Assembly (NCBI GenBank): GCA_013115145.1
Contig: JAAPAO010000003.1
Location: 124,001-188,000 of the forward strand
Reading direction: 5' to 3'
DNA from: Perkinsus chesapeaki ATCC PRA-425
Taxonomy: Eukaryota > Protista > Perkinsozoa
Length of the DNA stretch: 64,000 nt
Part shown: one piece after another, positions 1 to 11,600 of the stretch
How the letters are laid out: each line of letters begins with the position of its first letter
How positions within the stretch are numbered: the first letter of the stretch is position 1
Notes under the pieces: model-generated
Told to the model about the DNA's origin: nothing
The model's database searches: none
What the model saw: the letters and a program-made list of their open reading frames with translations, nothing else
Position numbers and translations under genes: made by a program

Positions 1-675
1 GCAGTGTAAGGAGATAGCATACCTTCAAGAAACTCAATTATCCGCAGTGCGCGATGGCGTTGGGAAGTCAGAAGAGAGCAAGAGTTACTCCCCCGATGTC
101 GCGTGCGTGCACGATATCTTCACGAAGCTGCTGTTCTGCCTGGGTTTAACTTTCCATATGATGGCATCGTTCGTTTACTGAGCTTTTACCTTAATGGTAT
201 CTAGATGTGTCATCGGGAACTTTACTCAGCTGAGTCAGCCTCTTCAGGTTCTTCGAAGTTCGAAGTCTGAACTTCCGAGTCTCTTTCGGTCATGGACATC
301 ATTCAGCGCCTGAATTTCTGCCGATTGGTTCGCTTTAGTCGAGCGTCAGGATTGGCATTTACCTCATCAGAGTTTGGTGGGTGGTATAGAGTCTAGGCTT
401 CACATTGCAGATACTATGAGTTGTAGGCAGAGTGTAGATTCGAGTCGAGAGTCTCCAACTCCCCCCACTGATGAACTCAGAAGTAAGTGATCATAGACAA
501 CTTTTATTCATGGCAATTAACGATATAAGATCACGCCCGAACTGCTTCCTCTTCCACTAGACAATGTTAGCGAGAGCGTTTGCTGTGCCGTCGTGCCTGA
601 GGAAGACAAGATATAGGAGATTCTGGGATCGCTTCGACAGTGATACGAGCAAGTGATATTTGTAATAAAGGTGAC

Positions 676-1240
676 CTACACTTTATCGTTGGACGTTTCG
701 CTTGTTCCAGCACTCAACTTTCCGACAGTGGCATCGAACGCCGGCTCCGTTCCCTGAAACGGTGACAATAATGGATCTAGGGGCACTAGTACTTACCTCG
801 TGGTTTCTCCTCATTCGTAGTCCTAGGTAAAATTGCACCCAGCTGGATGCGACGAGGATAACCAGTAAAATAATTATAACAACAAGTAGAGGCCCGTGGT
901 CCTCGGGGCTCGGAATTGTTGCTTGTGAGGTTTGGAGCCTGAGAGAGAATCAGGATTTCAGGAAACTAGTCGAAATTTGTTACCTGTCTTCGACTTCCAC
1001 TTGAGTTGTCGGCCCTACTGCCGTACCAAAGACGGGGTCGAGGGTAATCCCTTCAAAAAGACCCGGCCTCCAGGTAGTTCCAGTCTCGACCGGAGAAGCG
1101 GTGCTGGTACTGGTTTCAGACAAGTAGAGGTCGAAGTTGCCCTCTATTTGACTGAAATCAAACAGCTCGCGGTCCTCATGGGCCACAGACGGCAAGCAGA
1201 TCATCATAGTGACGATGTAGATGAAGGTTTGACGCATCAT
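676..1240 (-). CDS. small hypothetical protein with N-terminal signal-peptide-like segment (multi-exon, structure uncertain)
   Basis: ORF 980..1240 begins MMRQTFIYIVTMMICLPSVA (hydrophobic) and ends at a GTAAC donor. Downstream exon frames are ambiguous; one encodes a hydrophobic stretch LYLLLIIILLVILVA. Confidence 0.35.
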
Positions 1241-1600
1241 TTCAGTCGACTGGAGTAATCAACTTCACCTAAGGAGTAAGTGGCACTAGTCAACTTCATT
1301 GGATTAACTCGATTAATGCGGTCGGAGACCGGTCGCGGTAGAGCCGTGCGGTCGCGGGCCTCTACCACGACCGCATGCCTAAATGCACGATTATTCTTTG
1401 CCGAAATGCCTGGTATCTCCTTGTTCAATCATTGGTGGTATATTCAGCGTAAGCGTACCAACATGGGAATCGGAAACCGTCTAATCGATGAGAAGCAGAA
1501 CGGGAGCTTAGCTGAAGGGACTATGGATACATGTCCCAAACCCTTACCGTGAGTATATTGAGGAGGCTCGTTATAGTAATGATTTATAAGTTACCAGTTT

Positions 1601-1647
1601 TCTTACCACTGGTAAGACGGTAAGGTCCTGGCAGGACCTTACCGTCT
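1601..1647. repeat. overlapping perfect palindromes
   Basis: AGACGGTAAGGTCCTG-G-CAGGACCTTACCGTCT (1615-1647, 16-bp arms) overlaps TCTTACCA-C-TGGTAAGA (1601-1617, 8-bp arms). Confidence 0.9.
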
Positions 1648-1795
1648 GCCGTCATGTTTAACGATTCTATTTGTGGCTTTAGCTTGTTTGTCTAAATGGC
1701 CATCCTGACAAAGGTAGCGCGGCCTGCTGTATGTCGGCAAGGGCTTTTAGGCGTTCATGCTGGCTCTTGCCGGACATTTTTCAATTCCAAATGGG

Positions 1796-3240
1796 TTAGA
1801 AGGATTGAAAGGCTGACAGCACCAGCGCGGTGAGAAGTGCCATCTCTCTGATATATAATCCAGAATAATGCAGGCGACCACCACCCCCAGTTATACCAGA
1901 GAAGGAAGTCCCTCCTCCAGTCGATCCATCAGTAGTGCCCGTCAACCCAGTCCTAGGCAGCAAGCGGCCAGGTGATTTATGCGATCGGCCTTATTTATTT
2001 CGCTATATAGCTCGACAATCAGCTTCGATCTCCTTGGGGGTCGCTTCGTGATTATCGCTACCGTCCTTCATCGTTAAGTGACACCCTCAGTTCATCAATA
2101 ACGCATTATCCGCCTCACACTGGGCCAGGATAGGTTTTGTTATTCAGGCATATGCGCGTTTAAGATAGGATGCATGGGCTTGTGGGATGAATGGGGGCAG
2201 AAGCACGCAGTAACGGTCTGTAAGGTAATCCCGGAATCCAAGTTCCGTGAGGCGGCACTGACTGTGGTAGATCCATAACTCTCACGTAATGCGGCAGAAA
2301 ACTATAGCCCGCAATGGCTACGAGGCCCTTCAAGTCGGCACAGGCTGGCGGACATTAGGACTGTAGGGCTTCCCAGCAAAGGGTCTTATAGGCCGCTACC
2401 TCAGGCATGAGCGTCGCCGAATAGGCAGCTGCATTCGTGCTGGTGTTGAGCCCAAACATCACATAGAAGAATTCAGAGTCAGTAGTGACTGCATGCTTCC
2501 CGTGGGCCATGAGTTCTCTGTCCGTCATTTCGTACCGGGCCAACGAGTGTAATAGGGTTACCCTATGGCAGTCTATCCACGGGCGCTCTATTCAGTTTCG
2601 TAAGTGGCTGGAGTCGTGGTAAAGGATGGCAGGGGGTCGTCACGCGTTGGAGATTTGCAGGTTAGAATTGTCTTGAGTTCCGTAATGGGCAGATCGCTAT
2701 TGTTCGTCGCAGGACAGCAAGTTCACAAGGCGACCGGTGGCATGAGAATGCCTGGCTCTATTAGCAGAGGCATGTCGTCGTCCAAGGTTGATAAATATAA
2801 GAAGCAGCCAGGGCATATGGGACCGGATCCGAGGTACTAGGGAGGACGGTGGGAGATAGGATGCCGAGGCTTGCAGGGTAACCAACTGCACGGTATTTCG
2901 AATAGAGTCGGCGAGAAACCTAATCTTCCTCAAAGGAGCTGTGCCGGGTGAGTATCTTATTGCCGTTCAAAGTGCAAGCTTCAACCTAGGATCTGCTGGT
3001 CACCCTATAAAGATCTTCGATGGCCGTGGAATAACATGGTATAGAAATACCTATATTAAAGCACCGTAGGAGGACCCTTTGCATATCCTATCATTGTCAT
3101 CGTCAGTACCCCGACGTTCATCCCTAAGCCCGGTCTAGAGTATCCTGTGACTGTACAGATGCCAACTACCTCCGAGGATCCATTCCTCTATCCCGAGCGT
3201 CCTCGATACGACCCTAGGAAGTGATGATGATGGCTGCATG
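1796..3240 (-). CDS. multi-exon hypothetical protein, putative GPI-anchored surface protein
   Basis: Open exon segments on the minus strand (YLGSGPICPGCFLYLSTLDD, DSEFFYVMFGLNTSTNAAAYSATLMPE). Final exon reads GTTDGSTGGGTSFSGITGGGGR...MALLTALVLSAFQSF*, a G/S/T spacer plus hydrophobic tail. 5' end uncertain. Confidence 0.45.
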
Positions 3241-3457
3241 TTAGTTTCTGAGTGTTTCTGAATGTAGACTGTCTTGTGTTAGTCTCGCTACGTTGAAACG
3301 CAGAGCTCCGATAAGTTTCTAGCCCTCGCTGGGCCTACCTGGTCAGCTACTTTTTCAGGTTCTTGGAGCAGCCTTGGATCATATTTGGGATCCAGGCCAT
3401 CAAGCGATAGATGCTTTAGCAAAGCGTCCTTGATTAGAATTCATTTTTATTTCCATC

Positions 3458-4930
3458 ATGTTTGATATACTACAAGCTATAAAAGATTTCGACAAGGCTA
3501 ATCCGGTCAGTTGCACCTCAGAGAGGGCCTATGAGCTTCTGTCCCAGGACGGGGTCACATTAGGCACTATTGGTAATAGTACAAGGGGGCAGGGCATTCT
3601 AAGCACGGTCATTTCAGGTAGTGCAGTCCTGCAGCCAGGCATCAGCGGTGAGGATGCCAACGCGGTAGTGCATTGCTTGGAGATGCTACTGAGCCATGAT
3701 GATCTGGCCAAGTCTGCCGTAGAGGAGTATCCTCAGCTACTGCAAGTGGCAGCTGATGGAGACCAGCGGTTTAGGGAGCTGGCGGCCTCTTGCTTTGCCA
3801 GAGCCAAGTCTCCTGAGGCCGATCCTAAGGTGCTATTGTCCCTGTTGCAGGACAAGGAGACCAGTGTGGCCGAGAAGGCCGCCAGAGCACTGGAGTGCCT
3901 CGGCCCTCGCGTGAAGGAGGTACTAGATGCTGGGCTGAGGGATCTGTCTGGCCCACCGACGGATGGTGTGGTCCTGCTGAGGGCACAGTCAGTGCTTATT
4001 GAGATGGGAAAGCGCGATGAGGAGGCGTTCGAGGTCATCAACAGTGAGGGGCTCTACAAGAAGCTTTTGGACGCCTTCTTCAGTGACGACCTATTGCTCA
4101 AGCTGGCCTCGGCAGAGGTTATCCAGGACCTGGCTAGCTTCCCTGGAGGCAGGCAGGTGCTAGTGGACTGTGGTACCTTCAAAGACTTCGAGCACGAGCT
4201 TACGAATGCCTTTGATGACAGTGTGGCGATCGCTGTGGTCGCCGCACTTAGCGGTCTATTGCAGCGGGCAGGACCTTCAGATGAGGCCAACTATCTCTTC
4301 CGTAGTGCAGATGCTCCCTATCCCCACACAGTGAAGGAGTTCCTGTGCTCTGAAAACGACACTAAGGTCCTCAATGGCCTGCAGGCTGTCATGCAGACCT
4401 GCCGTCTGAAGGTGGCCCAGGAGACTCTGCTGGGCTCGGCGGATGTCCACGCAGCTCTGATTGCCATCTTGAAGCATTCCGAAGAAAACGAGATTATCAA
4501 GTGTGCATGTGATTGTTGGTCCTCAATTGCCTATCACCACGCCATGGGCTTTATACCGGACAGTGTGTATGAGGCAGCTGTCGCTCAGCTTAAGAGCAGG
4601 GCAGCCTTCCCCGATGCCCGGGCGCATATATGGACCCTTATGGGTAATCTGGCAAAGTTCAGTGGCCAACAGGCCGAGAGGATATTCCTGGCTAAGGACG
4701 GCTATGTGGTCACGACACTACAGAATTTCGCCAGCGAGTTGACCTATGATGCCAGGCTTGGCAAGTTGAGCTTCGTTCGAGCTCTCTTGGATTCGGTTCC
4801 AGGCACTAGCATCGAGGTTGCTGTAGGCGGGCCCTGCTACTACGACATGAAGGAGTTCGCGAATAAGGGCCTTTCCTGGGCACCACTGAAGCAAGACCAG
4901 GTGGCAGTGGGGGACAACTTTGGCCAGTAA
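3458..4930 (+). CDS. PSMD5: 26S proteasome assembly chaperone PSMD5/S5b/Hsm3-like ARM-repeat protein
   Basis: 490-aa single-exon helical-repeat ORF. Segment SEGLYKKLLDAFFSDDLLLKLASAEVIQDLASFPGGRQVL resembles the PSMD5 'DDVL..LN..ELL..LA....G..YL' region. Confidence 0.65.
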   Translation: MFDILQAIKDFDKANPVSCTSERAYELLSQDGVTLGTIGNSTRGQGILSTVISGSAVLQPGISGEDANAVVHCLEMLLSHDDLAKSAVEEYPQLLQVAADGDQRFRELAASCFARAKSPEADPKVLLSLLQDKETSVAEKAARALECLGPRVKEVLDAGLRDLSGPPTDGVVLLRAQSVLIEMGKRDEEAFEVINSEGLYKKLLDAFFSDDLLLKLASAEVIQDLASFPGGRQVLVDCGTFKDFEHELTNAFDDSVAIAVVAALSGLLQRAGPSDEANYLFRSADAPYPHTVKEFLCSENDTKVLNGLQAVMQTCRLKVAQETLLGSADVHAALIAILKHSEENEIIKCACDCWSSIAYHHAMGFIPDSVYEAAVAQLKSRAAFPDARAHIWTLMGNLAKFSGQQAERIFLAKDGYVVTTLQNFASELTYDARLGKLSFVRALLDSVPGTSIEVAVGGPCYYDMKEFANKGLSWAPLKQDQVAVGDNFGQ

Positions 4931-5132
4931 GGCAGGTGCTGTTGTTTCTAAAGATACCATCCTAAGCTTCACGCGTTGTGTTTGAGTCTAAGATACTCTC
5001 TGGGCGATTGTACCGAGAAGTTGGTGGGTCATCGCATATAGCGAAAAGGCGGCGATTGATAGTTTTCCTGTTTTTCTATCAGAAATTGAAGCATCTCCTT
5101 GCTGGAGGCGCAACTCTACGGCCTTTCTTACA

Positions 5133-7567
5133 GTGGTCATCATAGTGGCCCTAGTGTGGCTGCAGTTGGGGTGGTCTTGGTCAGCTCATTGGCCCGGTCT
5201 GTGGGCTAGGATCATACCAGCACCGACGATGCTAGGAGCGCTCAGATTGGACCACACTTCGGAGGGGAACATCGTTGAGGAGCTCCAAGGCGGCCATCTT
5301 TCCTTCGGCTCCGAAATCTTCGAGGGCCTGCCTGACCTTGGCCAAGGCAGGCCTGTGTGCGATTCTATAGAGCTTGCTACTGGTGGCAGATGGCAGCAGC
5401 TTGACTGGGTGCCGTGGGCTTGTGACCTACCTCGAAACCTCGGAGTCTCCGCCAAGTCGGCATCCTCTAGTGTATGGTGTGATAATGCTGTGAGTAGGTG
5501 CTTGAAGGGCAAGAAAGTGGCCGTTATTGGGGACTCGCAGGCAGCCCACTTTGCCAAGCCTTTTATGAAGCACCTTGGCTGCGGGGACGTGAGCTCGGCT
5601 GTTCGTCAAGGACGCTTTTATAACTGCAAAGTCATTAAGAAGGACAAAGACGGTGTAAAGAGAAAGGTCAAAGTTAAGGGTAGTGGGGGATGGGTGAGGG
5701 ATGTCGGAGGAGACTGGTGGCTCAGGGGGGGCTATACCGTACTTCGGCGAGTGGGCCGGTGCCCAGTGGGGCTGCGCTAGATGCGCTGGCTGTGGGCTGG
5801 GGGAACATCGCTGTAGTAATGACATCTTGTTAGAGGTAAGCTAGAGGTGTCAGAAAAGAGGCTGATGCTCGATAGGTGTTGACTGTTGAGTATGTTGATT
5901 GGAAAGCTCTCTATGTACCGCCATGGAGCAACACCACACAGGAGTTCCTCTTTCGCCAGTACTGGAACGACTCAGGTGATAAGGAATCTACAATAAACGC
6001 CGGCCATTGGGCTCGAGTTGGATATGCACCATTAAGCGCCCGAGGATTCTTTCGAGGAGCCCACCGGTTGTCAGGGAAGTCCAGAGCTCCTGGAGCCATG
6101 AAAACCTTCAAGGCAAGAGGACCAAGTTTAGTCTGGGCCAACACAGGTCTTCATGAGCCCAGGGTCCTCACATTTGACAGGAACGCTACGGACGCCTTGG
6201 AGTACATGGCCGGTACTGAGAGGTAGGTAGACGAGGGGAAGGGATGAGGAGGGTGGTATAGGTATATGAGAGAGGCTTTAGCGGGAGACAGGCAGCTTAT
6301 CTGGCCGCTGACCACCGCTGTGAAGAGCGGGGAGCAACCTAAGAACTGGAAGGACGTTACATCATCCTACCGTATATGGCTGCTTAACGAGCATGCTAGG
6401 CGAGCTGCGGAGAAGGTACTAGCATTAGGGCTTGGGAGTAGGAAGACAGAGAAGCCAGCTTTGATGGCGTTACCCCGGAGCAACCTTGTCGTTAGGTCCT
6501 CGAAAGTGTGTCTTACGATAGTAGCATAGCTCTGCTGGATGGGTTTGGAACCTCTAGGGCTCCCCGATACGAGTTCCACAGTGATGGTGTCCATATGGAA
6601 CGGCATGATAACATGTAAGCCATCCGTAGTAGCGTGGCCGCCGGTATAGATTCCGTAGAGTGCCGTCCTTGGACGGCAGATCTTAGTGCAACAGGTACTA
6701 TGACAAGATGGTCACCTTGGCCCTGGGTTTATACTATCATCTGGGATGCAGGGTCAGGATCAAGGAGCGACGGTTGCCTCTATTCGCCAGAGCGCAGCGT
6801 TGGAGCATTGGCCTGCCTTGGTACCCGGACAACAGGACATACTGTAGAAGCATGGAGCCGGCAAGTAGGTCGGCGGTATATGGTGTCGATCAGTAAATGA
6901 GTGAGCTATACTGAGGACCTATGTCATGTTAGTCACATCTGAATGGGTTTCTATTGTCCTACCGAGAATGTTCTTGCTTATCTTCTCAGGTTCAGGTCGT
7001 TGGCTTGATGATGGCAGTTGGGCCCCGTGGGCCTGTAAGCTGTCGGCTGCTGCTGCTGCTGTTGAAGAGTTCAAAGATTACTGTGAAGGCTCGAAGGTTC
7101 GCTTGGTGGGCATGGGTAATCAGGGGGCGTTAGAAGCCCTAAAAAGGGCGGTACCGTCGGCGGTGAACATCTCCTTGGCCGCCGCGGCCATTCAGGAGGC
7201 ACCTGATGTTGTTTTTCTCGGTCCACCGCATCATCGTGGGAAAACGAGTGAACAGTTCCTGACGGCCTTCAAGGAGGGGCTTTCCCGGCTGAGCGGCGTG
7301 AAAATAGTAGTTGGAGACCCTTACCTTGATGGCGAAGCTGCTGGCGTGGCCTGGCTCTTCAACGAGCACCTCAGGGCTGCCTGTCACCATGCAGGAGTAG
7401 GGTTCTTGGACCTCTTTGCCATGGGCTTCGAAGCTAGTCTCCAGTTGGAGCATCACCCGGTGGGACAGGATATGGTATGGAGTGAAGTAGGCAGAGTTGT
7501 TCGAAGTGTAATGCAGCAGAGCGGCTGCCGACCGAAAGTCGGCTGGGTGGATCCATGGCGGTCATGA
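5133..7567 (+). CDS. PC-esterase/TBL/CASD1-type SGNH-like O-acyltransferase/esterase with a second degenerate repeat
   Basis: WVPWACDL...CLKGKKVAVIGDS (GDS motif), WANTGLHE, LLNEHARRAA and FHSDGVH (DxxH motif, ~6570-6600). The last exon repeats WAPWACKL...LFNEHLRAAC without catalytic motifs. Start codon unclear. Confidence 0.6.
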
Positions 7568-7657
7568 CCATCACGTCAGCTTCCAGTAAGCCCTATGTTG
7601 CGTTGATAGGGAGGCCTACTGTAGGGTCAGCTTCGTTTTTGTATTGTTTCATCCCGT

Positions 7658-8530
7658 ATGGAGGGCAAACCATGGCTCGGCCCCAATGAGGAGCAACTCG
7701 GCGTAATAGCGCCCCTCACCTCCAGCACCGGCTACCGTCTAGGCCTCCTCATCTACCCCGACCTCAGTAAGCTTCAGTTCGATCTGTATTTGAATCCAAG
7801 GGTTATCTCGGAAGACTTTCCGGCCTGGACCTCGGACGGCGCTAATCGGGAGGCCATGCTCGAAGAGGGCTACCCGATCACCCAGTGGATACGAGAGCTC
7901 ACCAAGGCCGACGAGAACATAGTCCTTCTCAGCAATTCGGTGCAGTCTAATTTCCAGAACCCTTACGACTGTTTTATTGAAGACGGTGTGCTGCACCGGC
8001 AAGGATATGCAGCGGGTGATGGGAAGTACTCCTTTGGGGGCCCTATTGACATCTTTGTTCTCGATTCGGATACGAGAGAGCGACGGTTGAGGAACTGCAA
8101 GGTGACGGACGAGCGGACAGATAGATTCCCGTGGCGGCGAGCTGTATCTGGGCGGCCATTTGTGATTGATAGAGAACTGCGGAAGATACCCCACTGGGAT
8201 CGGGACAAGGGCGATGACCTTAAATACGGCGAAGTGCCGTGGTTGCCCAATTCGACCGAAGCAGCTTTCTCTGCAGTCTGTGAATCAGTTGATGGCCAGG
8301 TGGTCCTGGCCTATGCGATACAGCCCCTTACTGCCTATGACTTTGGTAGAGTCCTCATCGACCACGGCATAAGCGATGCCATTCTGCTAGGAGGCAGCGG
8401 TGATGTTGGGGTATGGATTGAGGGGAGAGGATTGGAGGCAGCGGCCGCCAGGGAGGGCTCGGCGAGGGGAAGCCAGGCTCCGGGCACTCGGAACCTTAAC
8501 GGTGTTATCACCCTTAAAAAGCTACATTAA
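7658..8530 (+). CDS. phosphodiester glycosidase (NAGPA/EpsL-like) domain protein, divergent, intronless
   Basis: Ordered motifs NPYDCFIEDGVL, AVSGRPFVID, SAVCESVDGQVVL, LTAYDFGRVLIDHGISDAILLGGSGD and TRNLNGVITL parallel the NAGPA family pattern. Confidence 0.6.
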   Translation: MEGKPWLGPNEEQLGVIAPLTSSTGYRLGLLIYPDLSKLQFDLYLNPRVISEDFPAWTSDGANREAMLEEGYPITQWIRELTKADENIVLLSNSVQSNFQNPYDCFIEDGVLHRQGYAAGDGKYSFGGPIDIFVLDSDTRERRLRNCKVTDERTDRFPWRRAVSGRPFVIDRELRKIPHWDRDKGDDLKYGEVPWLPNSTEAAFSAVCESVDGQVVLAYAIQPLTAYDFGRVLIDHGISDAILLGGSGDVGVWIEGRGLEAAAAREGSARGSQAPGTRNLNGVITLKKLH

Positions 8531-8624
8531 TGTGCACAACTTTCTACCGCATTCGTCAGCTTCGTTGAGTTTGTCTTTCTCGTTCTTGGGTCAGTTTTGG
8601 AGTTCCCTCCTCCTGGTGCTGGGC

Positions 8625-11600
8625 ATGAATGCCGCCGGTAAGAAGGCCGTCTACGTCACGCCCGACGTACTGGCTTTGGCCAGGAAGGAACGTGTCGCTA
8701 AGCTGAGGACCAAATTGTCGGATTTGCTGGGTCAAGGTGAGGACTGCAGATCCTGGTTTTCAGCCATGTTGATGTTAGGTGACGGTGCATTCCCTCTAGT
8801 ATCCCAGTTCTTCTACGAGGCCATTTGGGCGGTTCTCCGCGGCAAATCGGGTAGCGCGCTCGAGGAGCAGTCCTGCGTGGAGGTCCTCAAGGACATGGGC
8901 TTCACCAGGGCACATCAAGAGGCTTTGCTGGACCACCTCTTCATAGCCTGCCACTACGAGCCGTGCTCAAAAGCCGCGTTGGGATTGGTCCGGGCACTGC
9001 AGAGGGGCGGTGTGGTCTCATTAGCAACGACGCTGGGGAACATGGAACCTCATATGGGGGTGCCCGCGGATATCGTCTCTCCCGAGGTGTTCCGTCGGAA
9101 GATCATGCAGGCTCGGACAAAACAGCTGTACAGTGTGAAAAAGTATAATACCTTTCGAGAGTGCTCGGAGGGCTACGCTGCCGCGATGGAGGCCATATGG
9201 TCGGTCAGCAGCCGCCAGTCCAAGGAGGAGGCCCTGGATTGCGGGGCGGAGCTGCAAAGAATCACGGCCCACTACCAGCTCTGCCCGACCCGCGTATGCG
9301 CTATGGTCGTGGACACCTTGCAGTGGTGGTTCGCCCAGGCCATGAGAAGGTATTGGTTCGGAAAGAAAAGTGATAGAGCGGCCAAGGGGGAGCCTGAGGT
9401 AGGCCGGAGGCTGCTGTGGCCTGCTGGGGGGAATGCCTCTTGTACAGTTACCCTCTAGAGACCGGTTCGCTGAGGTCCTGGAATGGTACCTGGAGATCCT
9501 CCGGGGCTACCACCACACACAGCTGTTGTCCGTGCTCAAGTTCTACCTCTGCTGCTATAACAAGATACCCTTCCTGGTCCATACCGACAACCCCCCTATA
9601 TCCGTCCTGGACATCGTACCACCTGCTGACCTTCACGCTCCAGCACCCGCTAAAGGTGGTAGTTCCAACCGTAAGTGTACTCAGTGTGTTGCTCACAGAA
9701 AGCGCTTGGCTCAGGTGACAGCACTGGCTCAGATGGCCACCCCGCCAATCCGGCAGACAGCAACTCGGCCTCGGCTATTCGTCTGACTCGGTCGAACGTC
9801 CTGTACGAGTTCGCTGGGGTCCTCATGATACTTCTTCGAGGAGGCCTGGTATCCCCAGCTGAGCTTGGGGAACATCTTTGGGAGTAGGTTCCCTCGGTGA
9901 CTTCCTTACTGACCATTTAGCTGTGTCCAGGTATATGCACCCGTATCCAAGGTCCACGCCCGACCCTATCATATCGAAGCTCGAGTCGGATGCTCTGGAG
10001 CGCTACAAAGCCGTCATTAACGCTCACACCGCTATCATCATCGGGAGCTCGGGTGAGGATGAGGACCAGAAAATGCAAGATGCAATCGACGCGTTGGCGG
10101 AGTACAGAGATGTTCCTACCTGCCTGCTCCAGGCGGCCTTGGACTGCGGTGACATTCCCATGGCCAGGCGCATACTTGGGAGGCTAGAGTTCGCCAGGCC
10201 TGCCCTGCTGTCTACGGTTCGCCAGGGCCTCACTGACGAGCTCGCCTGGCTGCTGTGTACCGATGAGGAGCCGAGGGCTCGTCGACATAAGGCGAGGCTT
10301 GCTCAGCATCCTTTGCGGATTTTCTCCGAGCCTTGCCCGGATGCGGGACGGCTTCTAGAGGAGGGCAGCGATGGCCTGTGGATAATAGAGACGCTCGGCT
10401 CCCAACTGTGTCATGACCCTGTGTGCCTCGCTGTCTGCTGGCAGCGTGCTGGTGCCTCCTTAGCAGCTGGGAAGGGCCGAGGAGGAGGAGCTCGCTTGGA
10501 CTCCCTGGTGGCTAGAGTGCTTCTACCAGCTCTCTCGTGTTCGGCCGGGAGCAACGGGGCGAACCCGTGGCTGGCGACAATCGCCTGGGAGAGCTATCTG
10601 AAGGGGAGGCCAGTGGACGACAGATATCAGATCTACGGGCTTTGGGACCAAATGGGTCGCAGTGAGCCCACCGATCTTACCCAATTCCCCATGCAACTGG
10701 TGCACGCAAAAGTCCGGAAAGAGACCAAGTCGCTGCTGAAGCGGATCGTCAAGGACGCCCAGCAGAGCGAGGACAAGCTGGCCCGATACAGCCCTTACGC
10801 CTGGAGCAAGCTAGCTCTGATGAACCCTCTGCCGTGCGCTGAGTACGTGGTCCACAACCTTACCGAGCGAGCGAACAGCAATCTCATCGGTCCCTATATA
10901 GACGTCACTGGCCGGTCGGGAGACATGACCTGTGATACTGTGGGATATGAGATCCTATGTGAGGCCACCAATCCGAGGCTTACTCAAGCTGTCGGTTTCC
11001 TGAACAAGGAGAGCGCTGTATTGGAGGGATGGATACAGAATCTTAGCGAGTTTGCTGGTAATGACCGCGGCTTTCGAGCTGGTGGAAGATTCCTTCAGGC
11101 CGGTTCTATCGTAAGCATTCTCACATAGACATGGGAGGCCTACTAAAAGTCATCAGAGTGTGCTTGGTGCCACCGAATCCGAAGACCAGCAGTGACGGAG
11201 AGGTATACAGAAAGCGGCAGTTCTTAAAGACGACGGTTATCTTCATCAGATCGTTGGCTTCCTGCTCGGCCAGTCGCTGATGAGACAGCTCCTCCAAGGC
11301 CTCATCTCGTACGTTGGTGGATTCACGGTATGCTTCGCTCCGTCCTTTTGGCGTTGCAGGATTACTATTTTAATCAGGTCATTGCGGAGCTTAATGACGA
11401 GCAAGTTCAATGCCTGTCCGGTGGCCCTGTTCTGTGTGCTTTATCCCAGACCATCAACCCCGAAGCTGGCGGTATCGGCGGTACCGGCGGGAGCACAGGC
11501 GGCCGGTAAGCTCTAAAGTCGGCCAGACAACCGCTTGATTTTCCGCACCTCAGATACAGTGAAAGAGCGAGAGCTGCGTTGAGGTCGGCGATGACCCAAG

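Noticed and set aside
1-600. Possible minus-strand gene fragment at the window start
   Set aside because: Short open segments exist, but I could not assemble a consistent spliced frame or recognise a product.
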